Source of the DNA: Candidatus Bathyarchaeia archaeon | GTDB lineage: Archaea; Thermoproteota; Bathyarchaeia; Bathyarchaeales; Bathycorpusculaceae | Direction of reading: 5' to 3' | Assembly (NCBI GenBank): GCA_050015395.1 | Contig: JBEKBM010000008.1 | Span: 33,244 to 97,243 of the forward strand | DNA: 64,000 nucleotides | Shown here: piece by piece, positions 28,319 to 38,319 of the stretch | Layout of the letters: every line of letters begins with the position of its first letter | Position numbering within the stretch: the stretch's first letter is position 1 | Notes under the pieces: model-generated | Told to the model about the DNA's origin: nothing | Database searches by the model: none | The model's input: only the letters and a program-made list of their open reading frames with translations | Program-made: the position numbers and the translations under genes

Positions 28319-29575
28319 TTGCAGGTTGGATTTTTGGGCGGCGCCAGAGAAGTTGGTAGAATTGGTATAACTGTTAAGTCTGAGCAGAGTAAGGTTGTGT
28401 TAGATTATGGTGTTATGCTTGATCATGAGCCGGGGTTTCCGATGCATGTTCCTCCGAAAGAAGTTGATGCGGTAATTTTAACTCACAGTCACCTTGACCA
28501 TTCAGGCGCCATACCAATTTTTTATATTAATGATAAGAAACCGTTGTATACGAACAGGCTTAATTTGGAGTTAACGCAGGTTCTTATTCAGGATTTTATT
28601 CATTTGTCTGGTTATTATTTGCCTTTTGAGTATCTTGAGCTTGATGCTATGATGCATAACAACAGGCATTTAGATTTTGGTGTTGAAGAAGCCATCGGTG
28701 ACATGAAGGTTAAACTGTTTGATGCTGGTCATACGCCGGGGAGCGCTCAGGTGCTCATTGAGGCGGACGGCAAGAAGATTCTTTATACTGGCGACTACAA
28801 CATGGAAGACAGCAAATTGTTAAAGGGTGCATCGATGGATTACGAGGATTTAGATGCAGTTGTCACTGAGAGCACTTATGCAAGTGAGGATCATACACCG
28901 CGGCCCGAGCTTGAGAGAAGTTTTGTTGAGGCGGCGACTGAGGTTGTTGAGCGAGGGGGGACCGTTCTGGTGCCAGCGTTCGGTGTGGGACGCGCCCAGG
29001 AAATTGCTTGTGTTTTAGCAGCGAATCATTTTGAGCACCCTGTTGTTTTGGATGGGATGGCTCGGGAAGCTAGCAGAATAATAATGAACTACAAAGAGTT
29101 CCTTAGGGATCCGAGGCTTTTTATGAATGCTATACACTCGCTGGATTGGGTTGATGGCTGGCGAGACCGACGGAGAGCATCGAAGGATCCTGGTGTTATT
29201 ATTTCGCCTGCGGGCATGTTGAAAGGTGGTCCATCACAGTTTTATGTTTCCAAAATAGGTAAAAAGGCAAATAATGCTATTTTCTTGGTTAGTTATCAGA
29301 TTCCTGGGACGCCTGGCAAACAGTTGTTGGATAAGGGTATCACCATGATTGATGGGAAAGTGAGTAAGGTTAAGGCGCAGTATCGGCATTTTGATTTCTC
29401 TTCTCATTGCGGTGCAAGTCAGCTTAAAGAAGGGCTGCGGCGGATTGGGGGTAAACCTAAAGTTTTCGTTGTTCACGGCGCGGAGGGTAACTGTGAGCTT
29501 TTGGCGAATTGGGCGAAGACTGAGTTGGGTTTGGATGCTGTGGCGCCGAGGACTGGAGAAACCTACGAGATATAG
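28319..29575 (+). CDS. MBL-fold beta-CASP ribonuclease (aCPSF2-like)
   Basis: HSHLDH, AGHTPGS, YTGD, ESTY, FSSH, VHG. Confidence 0.92.
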   Translation: MQVGFLGGAREVGRIGITVKSEQSKVVLDYGVMLDHEPGFPMHVPPKEVDAVILTHSHLDHSGAIPIFYINDKKPLYTNRLNLELTQVLIQDFIHLSGYYLPFEYLELDAMMHNNRHLDFGVEEAIGDMKVKLFDAGHTPGSAQVLIEADGKKILYTGDYNMEDSKLLKGASMDYEDLDAVVTESTYASEDHTPRPELERSFVEAATEVVERGGTVLVPAFGVGRAQEIACVLAANHFEHPVVLDGMAREASRIIMNYKEFLRDPRLFMNAIHSLDWVDGWRDRRRASKDPGVIISPAGMLKGGPSQFYVSKIGKKANNAIFLVSYQIPGTPGKQLLDKGITMIDGKVSKVKAQYRHFDFSSHCGASQLKEGLRRIGGKPKVFVVHGAEGNCELLANWAKTELGLDAVAPRTGETYEI

Positions 29576-29585
29576 GCTGTTTGTT

Positions 29586-30137
29586 ATGAAGATTGGTATT
29601 TTGGCTGTTGGGGAAATAGCCCCTGATGTGCTGGTTGGGCTTCAGCAGGGTTTAGTTAAGACTTTTCCTGATATCGCTTGCTCGGTTATTAAGGAAGTTT
29701 TGCCTGTTCCTAAGCTGGCTTTTGATAAGAAACGTAACCAGTACAGTTCCAGCGTGATTCTTAATGAAGTCAGGGCTTACGCGTCTAAACACGAGAAGTT
29801 TCATGGGGTTTTGGGCGTGGTTGATGTTGACATTTTTGTGCCTGAATTGAACTATGTGTTTGGTGAAGCGTACACTCCTGGAAGGGCTGCTTTGATTTCG
29901 TTGTGGAGGCTTAAGCCAAAGTTTTACGGTGAAAGTGCTGGCTCGGCTGTTTTTGTGTTGCGGGCTTTGAAGGAGGCTATTCACGAATTGGGGCACACGT
30001 TGGGTTTGCAGCATTGCCCGAGAAGCTTGTGTGTTATGCATTTTTCTAATTCTATTTTTGATACGGATAAAAAGCAAAGCTTATTGTGTGACCAGTGTTA
30101 TTTGCAAGCGGCGTTAGCTATTAGTAATTTAGGGTAA
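29586..30137 (+). CDS. amzA: Archaemetzincin Zn-metalloprotease
   Basis: KEAIHELGHTLGLQHC...CVM.FSNS....D.K....C..C. Confidence 0.93.
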   Translation: MKIGILAVGEIAPDVLVGLQQGLVKTFPDIACSVIKEVLPVPKLAFDKKRNQYSSSVILNEVRAYASKHEKFHGVLGVVDVDIFVPELNYVFGEAYTPGRAALISLWRLKPKFYGESAGSAVFVLRALKEAIHELGHTLGLQHCPRSLCVMHFSNSIFDTDKKQSLLCDQCYLQAALAISNLG

Positions 30138-30143
30138 GCAACT

Positions 30144-31013
30144 GTGACTGAGCAAGATAAGCTGGACAAGTTCAGGTTTCAAATTGTTTATTTGGCTCCG
30201 ATACTGGCAAGCCTTGTTTTCGGTTTAGGCTGCGCTTACTTGCTGATGCCACAGCCGCAGTCGACGGCTATTCCGGTTACGCCTATTCCTAACAACACTC
30301 CCGCAGCACCACTTGGCAATGCTCTCTACTTTGTCATTATTGTCGCGATAAGTGCAACGTTGTTTTATCTTTTGATTAAGCGGCGAAGCAAAAGAATCAT
30401 CAAAGGATTAATCGTTGTTGCTATGACGACTGCATCTTTGTTGTTGTCGCTGGTTTACTTGAACGCAATCCTCAATTATTTTCCAAGCTTGGACACCCTG
30501 CTCATACTCATACTCTTATCTGTAGCCATTACAGTACTGTTTGACTTTGCCATCTTCCGTTTAGGCAGCATACCCCGAAACGCAGCTGTAGTCGGCATCG
30601 GCGGTGCATTGGGCATCTTCTTCGGCTTCTCAATTCCACTATGGAGTGCGGTGCTGATTTTGGCGTTTTTGGGGGTGTATGATGTGTTTGCGGTTTATCG
30701 TGGTCCAGTGGGTAAAATTGCTCAGTCTTCAGCAGGAATGGATCAGCTTCAGGGTTTGAGCTTCTCGTTTAAGGATATTGAGATGGGGCTCGGCGACTTA
30801 GTTTTCTACTCCATGCTGACTGGAGCGATGTTCTTCAGTTTCTTACCCAGCATTCTACCATGCCTAGTGTCAATAGTGGGCATTATGGCGGGTTCAATCA
30901 TAACGTTTTTCATGCTTGAGAGAAAAGGAATCTTTCCAGGCTTGCCTTTCCCAATCATGCTAGGGTTAGCAGGCGGATTAATCACTGGTCTGGTTATTCT
31001 TCCGCTTATTTAG
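30144..31013 (+). CDS. Presenilin-family (A22) intramembrane aspartyl protease
   Basis: YD, GLGD and PGL (PAL-like) motifs; about 9 TM segments. Confidence 0.9.
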   Translation: MTEQDKLDKFRFQIVYLAPILASLVFGLGCAYLLMPQPQSTAIPVTPIPNNTPAAPLGNALYFVIIVAISATLFYLLIKRRSKRIIKGLIVVAMTTASLLLSLVYLNAILNYFPSLDTLLILILLSVAITVLFDFAIFRLGSIPRNAAVVGIGGALGIFFGFSIPLWSAVLILAFLGVYDVFAVYRGPVGKIAQSSAGMDQLQGLSFSFKDIEMGLGDLVFYSMLTGAMFFSFLPSILPCLVSIVGIMAGSIITFFMLERKGIFPGLPFPIMLGLAGGLITGLVILPLI

Positions 31014-31169
31014 TTCAATCGCGCTTTTTGTGGTAAAAAGCTAGCACAAATAGTACCCTATCCTGTATCCTCTGCGCTTTTTTAAAATCGTTGTTTTGGG
31101 TTGCTTATTTGGTTTAGGGTTTGGTTTGGGTTTTGTTTGAGGGGAAAAAGGTAAAAAAAGTGTGAGCTA

Positions 31170-31287
31170 ACATAGAAATCTCAGATGCCTATACATATCA
31201 TCCAGATATGTTATGAGAGAATTCACTAAGCGCGAAGCGGAAAAATTAACGTTGGCAGTTAAAGAGATAATGAAAAATGTCGTATGA
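31170..31287 (+). pseudogene. C-terminal remnant of a HEPN-domain toxin
   Basis: DAY..SRYVMREFTKREAEKLTLAVKEIMKNVV* with a small indel; overlaps the MNT start; no N-terminus present. Confidence 0.6.
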
Positions 31288-31594
31288 TCTTTTAGTGAAA
31301 ACTGCTCTGAAAAGAAAGGAAGCCTTCATCAATCTGTCAAAGTATTTGGAAACTATCAAAAAAACGGTTCTTAGACTTGACCCGAAAGCGCAAACCTACC
31401 TGTTCGGCTCAACCGCGGAGAAAGAACACAGTTACTCAAGCGACATAGACATCCTCATAATTACAAATCTGGATCCAGCAAAGATACATTGCGAGCTGTG
31501 GAAAGCTGGAATAAAAGAACCGTTCGAAATTCATGTGCACTCACCTAAAGAAGCCTATTTTTTCAAAAAAAGAGCAAAACTCGTAAAAATATAG
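31277..31594 (+). CDS. Minimal nucleotidyltransferase (MNT) antitoxin
   Basis: YLFGS.A.....SSDIDILI, PFEIHV. Confidence 0.88.
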   Translation: MSYDLLVKTALKRKEAFINLSKYLETIKKTVLRLDPKAQTYLFGSTAEKEHSYSSDIDILIITNLDPAKIHCELWKAGIKEPFEIHVHSPKEAYFFKKRAKLVKI

Positions 31595-31881
31595 TTTGGT
31601 CAGATACATCCATGAATGGAAGGCAACGGGACGCTAACCCCGAAATGGATCTGATAATCGCGGAAAAAGCCAGCAGCACGATGGTGCTGTCTTTTAGCTT
31701 CCAAGGGCACCATCAAGGATTGCCATGTTGCATTTCCATCTTATGCTTTTCTCTTTTATCTGCTGACACCTACTTATCCCCTTGGTAAAATTTGTAGTGT
31801 AAATTGCTTTTAAGGCTTAAGCAAACAGGCAGAATCTAACTTTACTGAGGTGCTTCTCTTCATGTATACGACATCAAATTG

Positions 31882-33852
31882 TTATAGATCTTTTATTATC
31901 GTTCTTATGCGCTGGGTTTCCTTATCCTTCTGTAGATAACTATCATATGCAATGAGGGTATTTTGGATCAAATTATCATAAGTTATATATCTGGCATTAT
32001 GAACAGCAAGTGCTTTTCGATTTGCCTCATCGTCATATTCAGGCGTTGGATTTGACCCGAGTATACAAATTATTTCAAATTCAGGGCTTTTATCTGGATA
32101 AACTGTTTTCAAGCATTTCAACAAGGCTGTTTTATACTTCTGAACTTGACCAATAAGAGCACTTGCTTTAACAGTAGCGCTGTACTTTTTCAGTTCTATT
32201 ATTATATGTTTGCCAGCCGCAGTTTTGTAACGAATATCTACTCTTGCACGCCTTTCCTCATCAGTTAAGCGTACGGTTGCAAACTCTTTCTTAAATGACT
32301 CTTCCATGCGTTTGTTTTCTGTAGGTCTTTCCCAAGAGGAATCAAGAAGCCATAAATGGTCGAAAAGGTATTCTTGAACTATTCGTTCTTTATCATTTGT
32401 TGCGATTTCTGAAAATTTTTTTAGAACTACAAGTCGACCATTTATGATCTCCCAGTAAAGGGTCGCTTCGAGTGAATCTATTTGCCCCATTAACGTTTGT
32501 AAAACGATAAACTGCTCATCTGAGCGTATTTCGTTCAGAGTGCTAAGCTTATCCTTTAGAGCGAGCGTTTCAAAAGCGATTATCCCATGTTTGTAAAGTT
32601 CTTTCTTAGCTTCAGGGTCCGAGACAGGGATAGATTCTATTTTCATGAATAGTGTTTCCGCAAATTTCTTTTTGTCAGGTGTAAGCGTTCCAAACCATTC
32701 GCTTATTTTTTTGTTTTCAAGCGCCTTTTTTGTAGCGCCCTCTTTCCGCCATGGTTCCCATTTAGAATCAACCGCTTTCAAGACTTTTTCTTTGAAGAAA
32801 GCCTTAAGCTTAATAAAACGGTCTTCATCCTCTTTTATAGCTTGGCGGCCAGTTGTTGAGATATCTGGCTTATCGTCATAATCCAAAAAATCGGCACGAA
32901 GTTCACCAATAAGATATTTTGAAAATACGCCGCCTTCTTTGACATCCTTTAAAATATCCTCATGAATTAGTTTGCCCCAAGCAAGCACAACGACCGTATT
33001 ACTACCTTCATCTATGCTTTTCTGTTCATCAAAAGTGCCCACCCATCCAGTGACGTTATAGCCCGCTTGACTATCAACAACACCATCTATCTTTGCATGT
33101 TTTTTCAAGTTTTTGCAGCTATTTAGAAGTTCTTCATCATCTGAGCCTATTAGCCATAAGTATTGAAGTTTTTTGAAATAGGCCCTATCTTCCACTGTAA
33201 TCCTTTGATTATCAACATAAACAGCAAAGTTTTCCTTTTCCCCTATTATGCTAAATCGCCTTGCTAATCGTTGTCGCAAAGGAGACTCTAAATTGAAAAT
33301 TGCTTTTTTTAGTTCCCTAAGGATAATTTGGGTACCTTTTGTAATGTCAATCCTTTGAGGGTCAACTTCACGTGGATGATACTGTGCAGGTTTAGTTCTG
33401 TCTGCATTAGGGCCATTCTCTTGCTTTATGTGGACTTCTATATCATGAGCGTTCATAATAAAACCGCTTTTTTCAGAAACGCTGCTATTTTCTTTAACGC
33501 TATGAACTTCTACTATGTTGGCAATTGAAAATAAAGCAAGTTTTCCAATTCCCTTTCGTCCAAAAACATGACGATGATATTTTGGAGTTATTGCATTTTC
33601 ACATTCTCTTCTGTGGTACCCCACATTGAGGTATTTTTGGTTGATGTCCTGACTAGACATACCTCTTCCGGTGTCCGTAACGACGATCTCTCCCTTATTA
33701 GGGTCTAAATCGATTCTAACTTCGTCCGCATCCGCATCCCATGAGTTAGCAACAACTTCTGATAGAACAGCCGATACATTGCTGTATAGATTTATTCCCA
33801 AGCTATCAAGAACGTTTAAGCTTATGCTTAATGTGTATTTTTCGTCTGACAT
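31882..33852 (-). CDS. GHKL (MORC-like) ATPase fused to a PD-(D/E)xK nuclease; HgiDII/BbrUII-like restriction enzyme
   Basis: SEVVANSWDADA, DTGRGM, GRKGIGK, GT; C-terminal RVDIRY....HIIIELK. Confidence 0.82.
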   Translation of the reverse strand: MSDEKYTLSISLNVLDSLGINLYSNVSAVLSEVVANSWDADADEVRIDLDPNKGEIVVTDTGRGMSSQDINQKYLNVGYHRRECENAITPKYHRHVFGRKGIGKLALFSIANIVEVHSVKENSSVSEKSGFIMNAHDIEVHIKQENGPNADRTKPAQYHPREVDPQRIDITKGTQIILRELKKAIFNLESPLRQRLARRFSIIGEKENFAVYVDNQRITVEDRAYFKKLQYLWLIGSDDEELLNSCKNLKKHAKIDGVVDSQAGYNVTGWVGTFDEQKSIDEGSNTVVVLAWGKLIHEDILKDVKEGGVFSKYLIGELRADFLDYDDKPDISTTGRQAIKEDEDRFIKLKAFFKEKVLKAVDSKWEPWRKEGATKKALENKKISEWFGTLTPDKKKFAETLFMKIESIPVSDPEAKKELYKHGIIAFETLALKDKLSTLNEIRSDEQFIVLQTLMGQIDSLEATLYWEIINGRLVVLKKFSEIATNDKERIVQEYLFDHLWLLDSSWERPTENKRMEESFKKEFATVRLTDEERRARVDIRYKTAAGKHIIIELKKYSATVKASALIGQVQKYKTALLKCLKTVYPDKSPEFEIICILGSNPTPEYDDEANRKALAVHNARYITYDNLIQNTLIAYDSYLQKDKETQRIRTIIKDL

Positions 33853-35306
33853 ATTGTTATGACATGCTCCTTAATGCTTTTAGCTATAACCTGTCCTAGC
33901 CTAACAGGAACTGCGTTCCCTATGTGAATGGCGATATTTTGTCCCGAAAATTGTACTTTAGGGTTAATAAAATCATAGTAAAAAGGGAAAGTTTGTAGTA
34001 GTGACGCTTCTCTTAATGATATCGCGCGGTTTTGGACGGGATGACCAAATCGTCCGTTCCCAATACCGATAAATTCAGTAGTGATTGTTGGACTAGGTTC
34101 TTTCCATCTCATCCTTCCATATACACTTCTAAAAGATTTTCCGGATTCTTTTTTGTGACATTCTAAAATCAAATCATCGGGCCAAGAACGCCAGTCTCCA
34201 CCTTCTGGGGTTGTCTTTATACGTAGCATGTTTTTTGGCGTAAGATTCCTTGATCTATGGAGTGGGTCTTTTTTATTTGGCGCACCCGCTTCTATGGGCT
34301 CAAGTTCACCTATTGCGTCTTTTACGTTCAGATAATTTTCTGGTAAATGAGTTCTATGTATTAGAGCTATGTCGCCTAAACGGGAAGCTAGTAAAACTAG
34401 TCTTCGTCTATGTTGAGGAATTCCATAGTCAGGGCATTTTACAATGTGATACCACAGGTGGTATCCTTCTTTTCGTAAACTGTCGATAAAGTCTGACAAT
34501 ACCTTGCCGTTGTTATAGGAAAGTAAAGTTGGCACATTCTCCATGGTAATTATGTCTGGTTGAACCTCGTTAATCAATCTAGAGAATTGATAAAGCAATT
34601 TCCACTTATCCGTTTCCTTTTTAGTATTGTGAGCATAGGGTGAAAAAGGTTGGCACGGCGCACAACCAGCAAGGATCCTGATTGAGCCCTCTGGGTATAG
34701 TTTTTTGATTTCTTGACCACTTATTAGTTCGATATCTAATCCCTTGAACTTGGCTGAATTGTTTTTTTCGTAGGGATATTTACAAGTTTCATCGATATCA
34801 AATCCGGCTACTACGTCAATTCCCTCAAGGAAAAATCCGTGCGCTAGGCCACCAGCGCCACAGAACAGTTCTACAGCAATCAACCGTTTTCTCGGAACAG
34901 GATTTGCTTTTTTCATTATTTTTCTTGCTACGAATCTTGGTCGCTTGAGAATGTCGTCATCCCAGAAGCGAAGAACATGCCAACCTAACTTACGCAAAGT
35001 TCTATTATTTTTTTTGTCCCTTTTTATGTTATCTTTAATCTTTTTCTCCCAAAAGACCTGATTTCGCTTAAACTGTTGTTTCTTTGTTGGGCGACCGTGC
35101 CAAAAAGTGCTATCACAAAAAATAGCAACCTTCTCTTTTGCTAATATAAAATCTGGATGAGCCATCATCTTAGGTTGTTTTTCATAATCAAGATAAAGTT
35201 GTTTTAATAATCGTTCCATCGTTCTCTCGATAAGAGTGTCTTTACTTTTGACCTTCCTCATTCTATCCGAAATCTGTTTTGACGGCTTTTCTATAGTAAC
35301 GGTCAT
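33828..35306 (-). CDS. Vsr-type very-short-patch endonuclease fused to a C5-cytosine DNA methyltransferase
   Basis: N-terminal SDRMRKVKSKDT..E, PDF, FCDSTFWHG, W..KI..N..RD, GW.VLRFW; C-terminal LFCGAGG, PCQPFS, ENV, PQ.R.R, GNAVP. Confidence 0.88.
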   Translation of the reverse strand: MTVTIEKPSKQISDRMRKVKSKDTLIERTMERLLKQLYLDYEKQPKMMAHPDFILAKEKVAIFCDSTFWHGRPTKKQQFKRNQVFWEKKIKDNIKRDKKNNRTLRKLGWHVLRFWDDDILKRPRFVARKIMKKANPVPRKRLIAVELFCGAGGLAHGFFLEGIDVVAGFDIDETCKYPYEKNNSAKFKGLDIELISGQEIKKLYPEGSIRILAGCAPCQPFSPYAHNTKKETDKWKLLYQFSRLINEVQPDIITMENVPTLLSYNNGKVLSDFIDSLRKEGYHLWYHIVKCPDYGIPQHRRRLVLLASRLGDIALIHRTHLPENYLNVKDAIGELEPIEAGAPNKKDPLHRSRNLTPKNMLRIKTTPEGGDWRSWPDDLILECHKKESGKSFRSVYGRMRWKEPSPTITTEFIGIGNGRFGHPVQNRAISLREASLLQTFPFYYDFINPKVQFSGQNIAIHIGNAVPVRLGQVIAKSIKEHVITICQTKNTH

Positions 35307-35309
35307 CAG

Positions 35310-35532
35310 TTATCACTCTTGATTTTAAGAACTCACGTAAAGCTTTACCCTTTCTGTCATCAAAGTGCCTTCGTTACCTAATGTTTAATGTTATTGTAAT
35401 TAGAATTACTAGCGTAATAGCCTTTATGGTTCTTAAGAAACTGTCGGTATTCATCCAAGCTTCTTTCAATATAGCGGTTCTTTGCTTGCCAAGGGATAAC
35501 TCATAAAAAAATCGTTCTGTAGACTTTGACAT
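35310..35532 (-). pseudogene. Possible degraded small wHTH (controller-like) gene upstream of the R-M operon
   Basis: GKQRTAILKEAWMN... and MTE(K)GKALREFLK fragments interrupted by a stop and a frameshift. Confidence 0.3.
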
Positions 35533-35640
35533 TAGCGTTTAGCTAAGACAAAATAGATAGTCACTGTTTTTCTTTTGCGCATATATAGCAAATGTTTGCT
35601 GGAAAGGTTTATTTCATTGCATGGTACTATGATGTGAAAT

Positions 35641-35700
35641 TGCAGGCGGATAATCATTGTCCGTTGGGATGTGGCCGTAAGGCTGAACCGTAAGCAAAAT
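35641..35700 (+). promoter_or_regulatory. Candidate structured 5' leader of rpl15e
   Basis: GCGGA..UCCGU stem, then GGGAUG-UGGCC-GUAA-GGCUG-AACC (GNRA hairpin flanked by GA elements). Confidence 0.45.
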
Positions 35701-35727
35701 GAAACATTTAGGAGGAAAATTTGATAG

Positions 35728-36342
35728 ATGGCATACAAGTACATAGCGGAAGAATGGGCGCAACCCGAAAAATCCTTCGTTGAAGAACTCATGCGCGAAA
35801 GATTGGTGCAGTGGCGAAAGCAACCGTCAACCCTACGCATAGAGCATCCGACAAGGCTTGACCGTGCAAGAAAACTAGGCTACAAAGCCAAACAAGGCTT
35901 CGTAATGGCACGCACAAAAGTGCGCAGAGGCGGACTACGAAAAAAGCGCCCGCGCTCAGGCAGACGACCCAAACGCATGGGAGTCGCCAAATTTAAACCA
36001 GCCAAAAGCATAAGGCTCATCGCTGAAGAGCGCACAGCAAAGCATTTCCCAAACATGGAAGTATTAAACAGTTACTGGGTAGGCGAAGACGGCAAGCACA
36101 AATGGTTCGAAGTCATACTGCTTGACCCGAAAAGCCCAGTTATAAAAACAGACAAAGACGTCAACTGGATAACAGAGAAACAGCACGCCAGCAGAGTCTT
36201 TCGAAGCTTAACAAGCGCAGGCAAAAACGTCAGAGGCTTACACCACCATGGAAGAGGAGCAGAAAAAGTTAGACCAAGCCACCGTAGAGGAGCAAGAAAA
36301 CGAGCAGCGCCTACTGGTAGAAAGCCAAACCCAGGGAGATAA
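35728..36342 (+). CDS. rpl15e: 50S ribosomal protein L15e
   Basis: [41 protein letters not shown]-like RSLTSAG. Confidence 0.98.
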   Translation: MAYKYIAEEWAQPEKSFVEELMRERLVQWRKQPSTLRIEHPTRLDRARKLGYKAKQGFVMARTKVRRGGLRKKRPRSGRRPKRMGVAKFKPAKSIRLIAEERTAKHFPNMEVLNSYWVGEDGKHKWFEVILLDPKSPVIKTDKDVNWITEKQHASRVFRSLTSAGKNVRGLHHHGRGAEKVRPSHRRGARKRAAPTGRKPNPGR

Positions 36343-36347
36343 ATTTT

Positions 36348-36623
36348 ATGCGTCAAATCAAAGTAGTAATAATTAAGCACAACAAAAAACAAAACATCGG
36401 CAGAGGATTTAGCCCAACCGAGCTGGAGAAGGCAGGCGTAAACAAGCAGCAAGCTAAACAAATCGGTTTACCCGTTGACGTCAAAAGAAAATCAGCCCAC
36501 GACCAAAACATCGCAACCATAAAAGAACACGCGGAAAAAGCAAAAGCACAAGCAGCAGCAAAACCTAAACCGCAAAAACCGCAAAAAACCGAACCCAAAC
36601 CAAAGAAAAAAGCTAAAAGCTAG
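36348..36623 (+). CDS. rpl13e: Ribosomal protein L13e (short archaeal form)
   Basis: GRGFS..EL..AG.....A..IGLPVD..RKS. Confidence 0.9.
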   Translation: MRQIKVVIIKHNKKQNIGRGFSPTELEKAGVNKQQAKQIGLPVDVKRKSAHDQNIATIKEHAEKAKAQAAAKPKPQKPQKTEPKPKKKAKS

Positions 36624-36648
36624 AAGCCCAAAGACAAATCGGTGTCCA

Positions 36649-37095
36649 ATGTCTTCTAAACCGCCAATAGCCTACATGGATATTCGAGTATTTGCGCACG
36701 CAACCGAGGATACAGGCAAAGTCCAAACTGCCGTACGCAACCTGTTGCCAGAGGAGCTGGCGGAAACCCTTGTTTTCGAAACAACAAGTTTAACGGGGCA
36801 CTATGGAAACCCCATCACTCTTTTATCGACCAAACTAACAGACAAAAAACTGCTTCCAGCAGCACTCGAGAAAATTGGTGCAGGCTTAAACTCACTCGAC
36901 AAAGAAGAATTAAGCCGCGACCTAAAACTTCATTTAGAGAAGGGAAACTTGTATTTGAGGTTCGACAAGCAATCAGCCTATCTGGGAACCATAAAGTTTA
37001 CGCAAAACGACCCTGTCCACTTCAAAATACACTTCAAAAACAAATCCGCTACGGAAATAACGGATCTATGCAGGAGCGCTGGGTTGCTGCCATGA
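36649..37095 (+). CDS. RNA-binding protein DUF54 (exosome/RNase P superoperon)
   Basis: HATED, GHYGNPI, LYLRFDKQ. Confidence 0.88.
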   Translation: MSSKPPIAYMDIRVFAHATEDTGKVQTAVRNLLPEELAETLVFETTSLTGHYGNPITLLSTKLTDKKLLPAALEKIGAGLNSLDKEELSRDLKLHLEKGNLYLRFDKQSAYLGTIKFTQNDPVHFKIHFKNKSATEITDLCRSAGLLP

Positions 37096-37826
37096 CACGA
37101 GCTTTCGCGGATTTGCATTTACGCGTTAACCCCAAAGACCAACAGGCAACACAGAAACTAATCAGCAAAGCCGCACGCTTCGGCTACAGCATGATTTCTG
37201 TCCCGTTCACTTCAAAACTAAACGAAGAAGAATTAACCCAGCTCAAAACAACCTGTAGCGGAGCAGGCTTAGATTTTGTTTCACGAGCAGATTTCCATCC
37301 AAGATCAGAAAATGACCTAACCCATTTCTTGCGGAAGTTCAGGCGAAGATTCGAAGTCATATGCGTCACATGCGACACCAAGGAAGTGGCAAGACAAGCC
37401 GCAAAAGACAGACGCGTAGACCTCCTAAGCTTTCCCAGCCTTGACTATCATAAACGGTTTTTTGACCACGCAGAAGCCGAATTAGCCAGCTGCAGCTTAG
37501 CAGCGTTGGAAGTGGATGTTAAGCCGCTTTTGATTTTGGAAGGCCCACCACGGGTTAGGCTGCTTATGAGTTTGCGCCGTGAAGTCGCCATAGCACGCGA
37601 ATTCCGTGTGCCCATAGTGGTTTCAAGCGGTGTTGCTGAAGAGCGGCTTATGCGGTTGCCACGGGACCTGGCAAGTTTAGCTTATTTGTTTGGGTTGGAT
37701 GAGGCTCAGGCTTTAGATGCAACTTCAACTAGTCCAGCGGCAATCGTTAAGCGTAACCGTGAAAAACTCAGCAGTCGATTTGTGGCACCGGGCATCAGCA
37801 TAGTTAAGGAGGGCAAGCCATCTTGA
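37092..37826 (+). CDS. rnp3: RNase P protein Rpp30
   Basis: FADLH, R.AA.D.RVD, PIVVSSG, R.PRDL; gene context. Confidence 0.88.
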   Translation: MTRAFADLHLRVNPKDQQATQKLISKAARFGYSMISVPFTSKLNEEELTQLKTTCSGAGLDFVSRADFHPRSENDLTHFLRKFRRRFEVICVTCDTKEVARQAAKDRRVDLLSFPSLDYHKRFFDHAEAELASCSLAALEVDVKPLLILEGPPRVRLLMSLRREVAIAREFRVPIVVSSGVAEERLMRLPRDLASLAYLFGLDEAQALDATSTSPAAIVKRNREKLSSRFVAPGISIVKEGKPS

Positions 37827-38137
37827 AGCGGGTTAAACGGCGTTACCTAGCCCTGCAACTTGACTGCGAAGCCATGCCTGCTGAACGCGAGTTTATTGAT
37901 GCAGTTTGGGCTGCCGTAACCAAGCTTTACGGCGAGGTTGGCGCAAGCTTAACTGGTTTAGCCTTGATTAATTTTAACGAGGAACGCAAAGTTGCTGTGC
38001 TTAGGGTCTCGTTGGCGGCGCTAAATATGGTGAGAGCTTCTTTGGCTACAATTACCAGCATTGCCGGCAAGGAGACTTCGGTGCATGTTTTGGGCGTTTC
38101 AGGCACGCTTAAAGCACTGTACGCACGCGCAAAGTAA
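37823..38137 (+). CDS. rnp2: RNase P protein Pop5/Rpp14
   Basis: KRRYL, LYGEVG, GVSGTLK. Confidence 0.9.
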   Translation: MKRVKRRYLALQLDCEAMPAEREFIDAVWAAVTKLYGEVGASLTGLALINFNEERKVAVLRVSLAALNMVRASLATITSIAGKETSVHVLGVSGTLKALYARAK

Positions 38138-38319
38138 CTTTGCTTTGTTTATGTGTAAACTTTTTGTTTACCTTTAGACAAGACACTTCGTAGCTAAGTC
38201 TCATATTTGCTTGAACAAACTTACAAAAGTACTACAGAAATGTTTATCAACTGCATAGAACCGTTAATCAACATTACAAACGCTCAGGGAGAAGCATAAA
38301 AAAGACAGAGTAGTGCAAA

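Noticed and set aside
31600-31790. Possible small gene or RNA between the MNT and the restriction gene
   Set aside because: Only short broken frames and weak stems; not supportable
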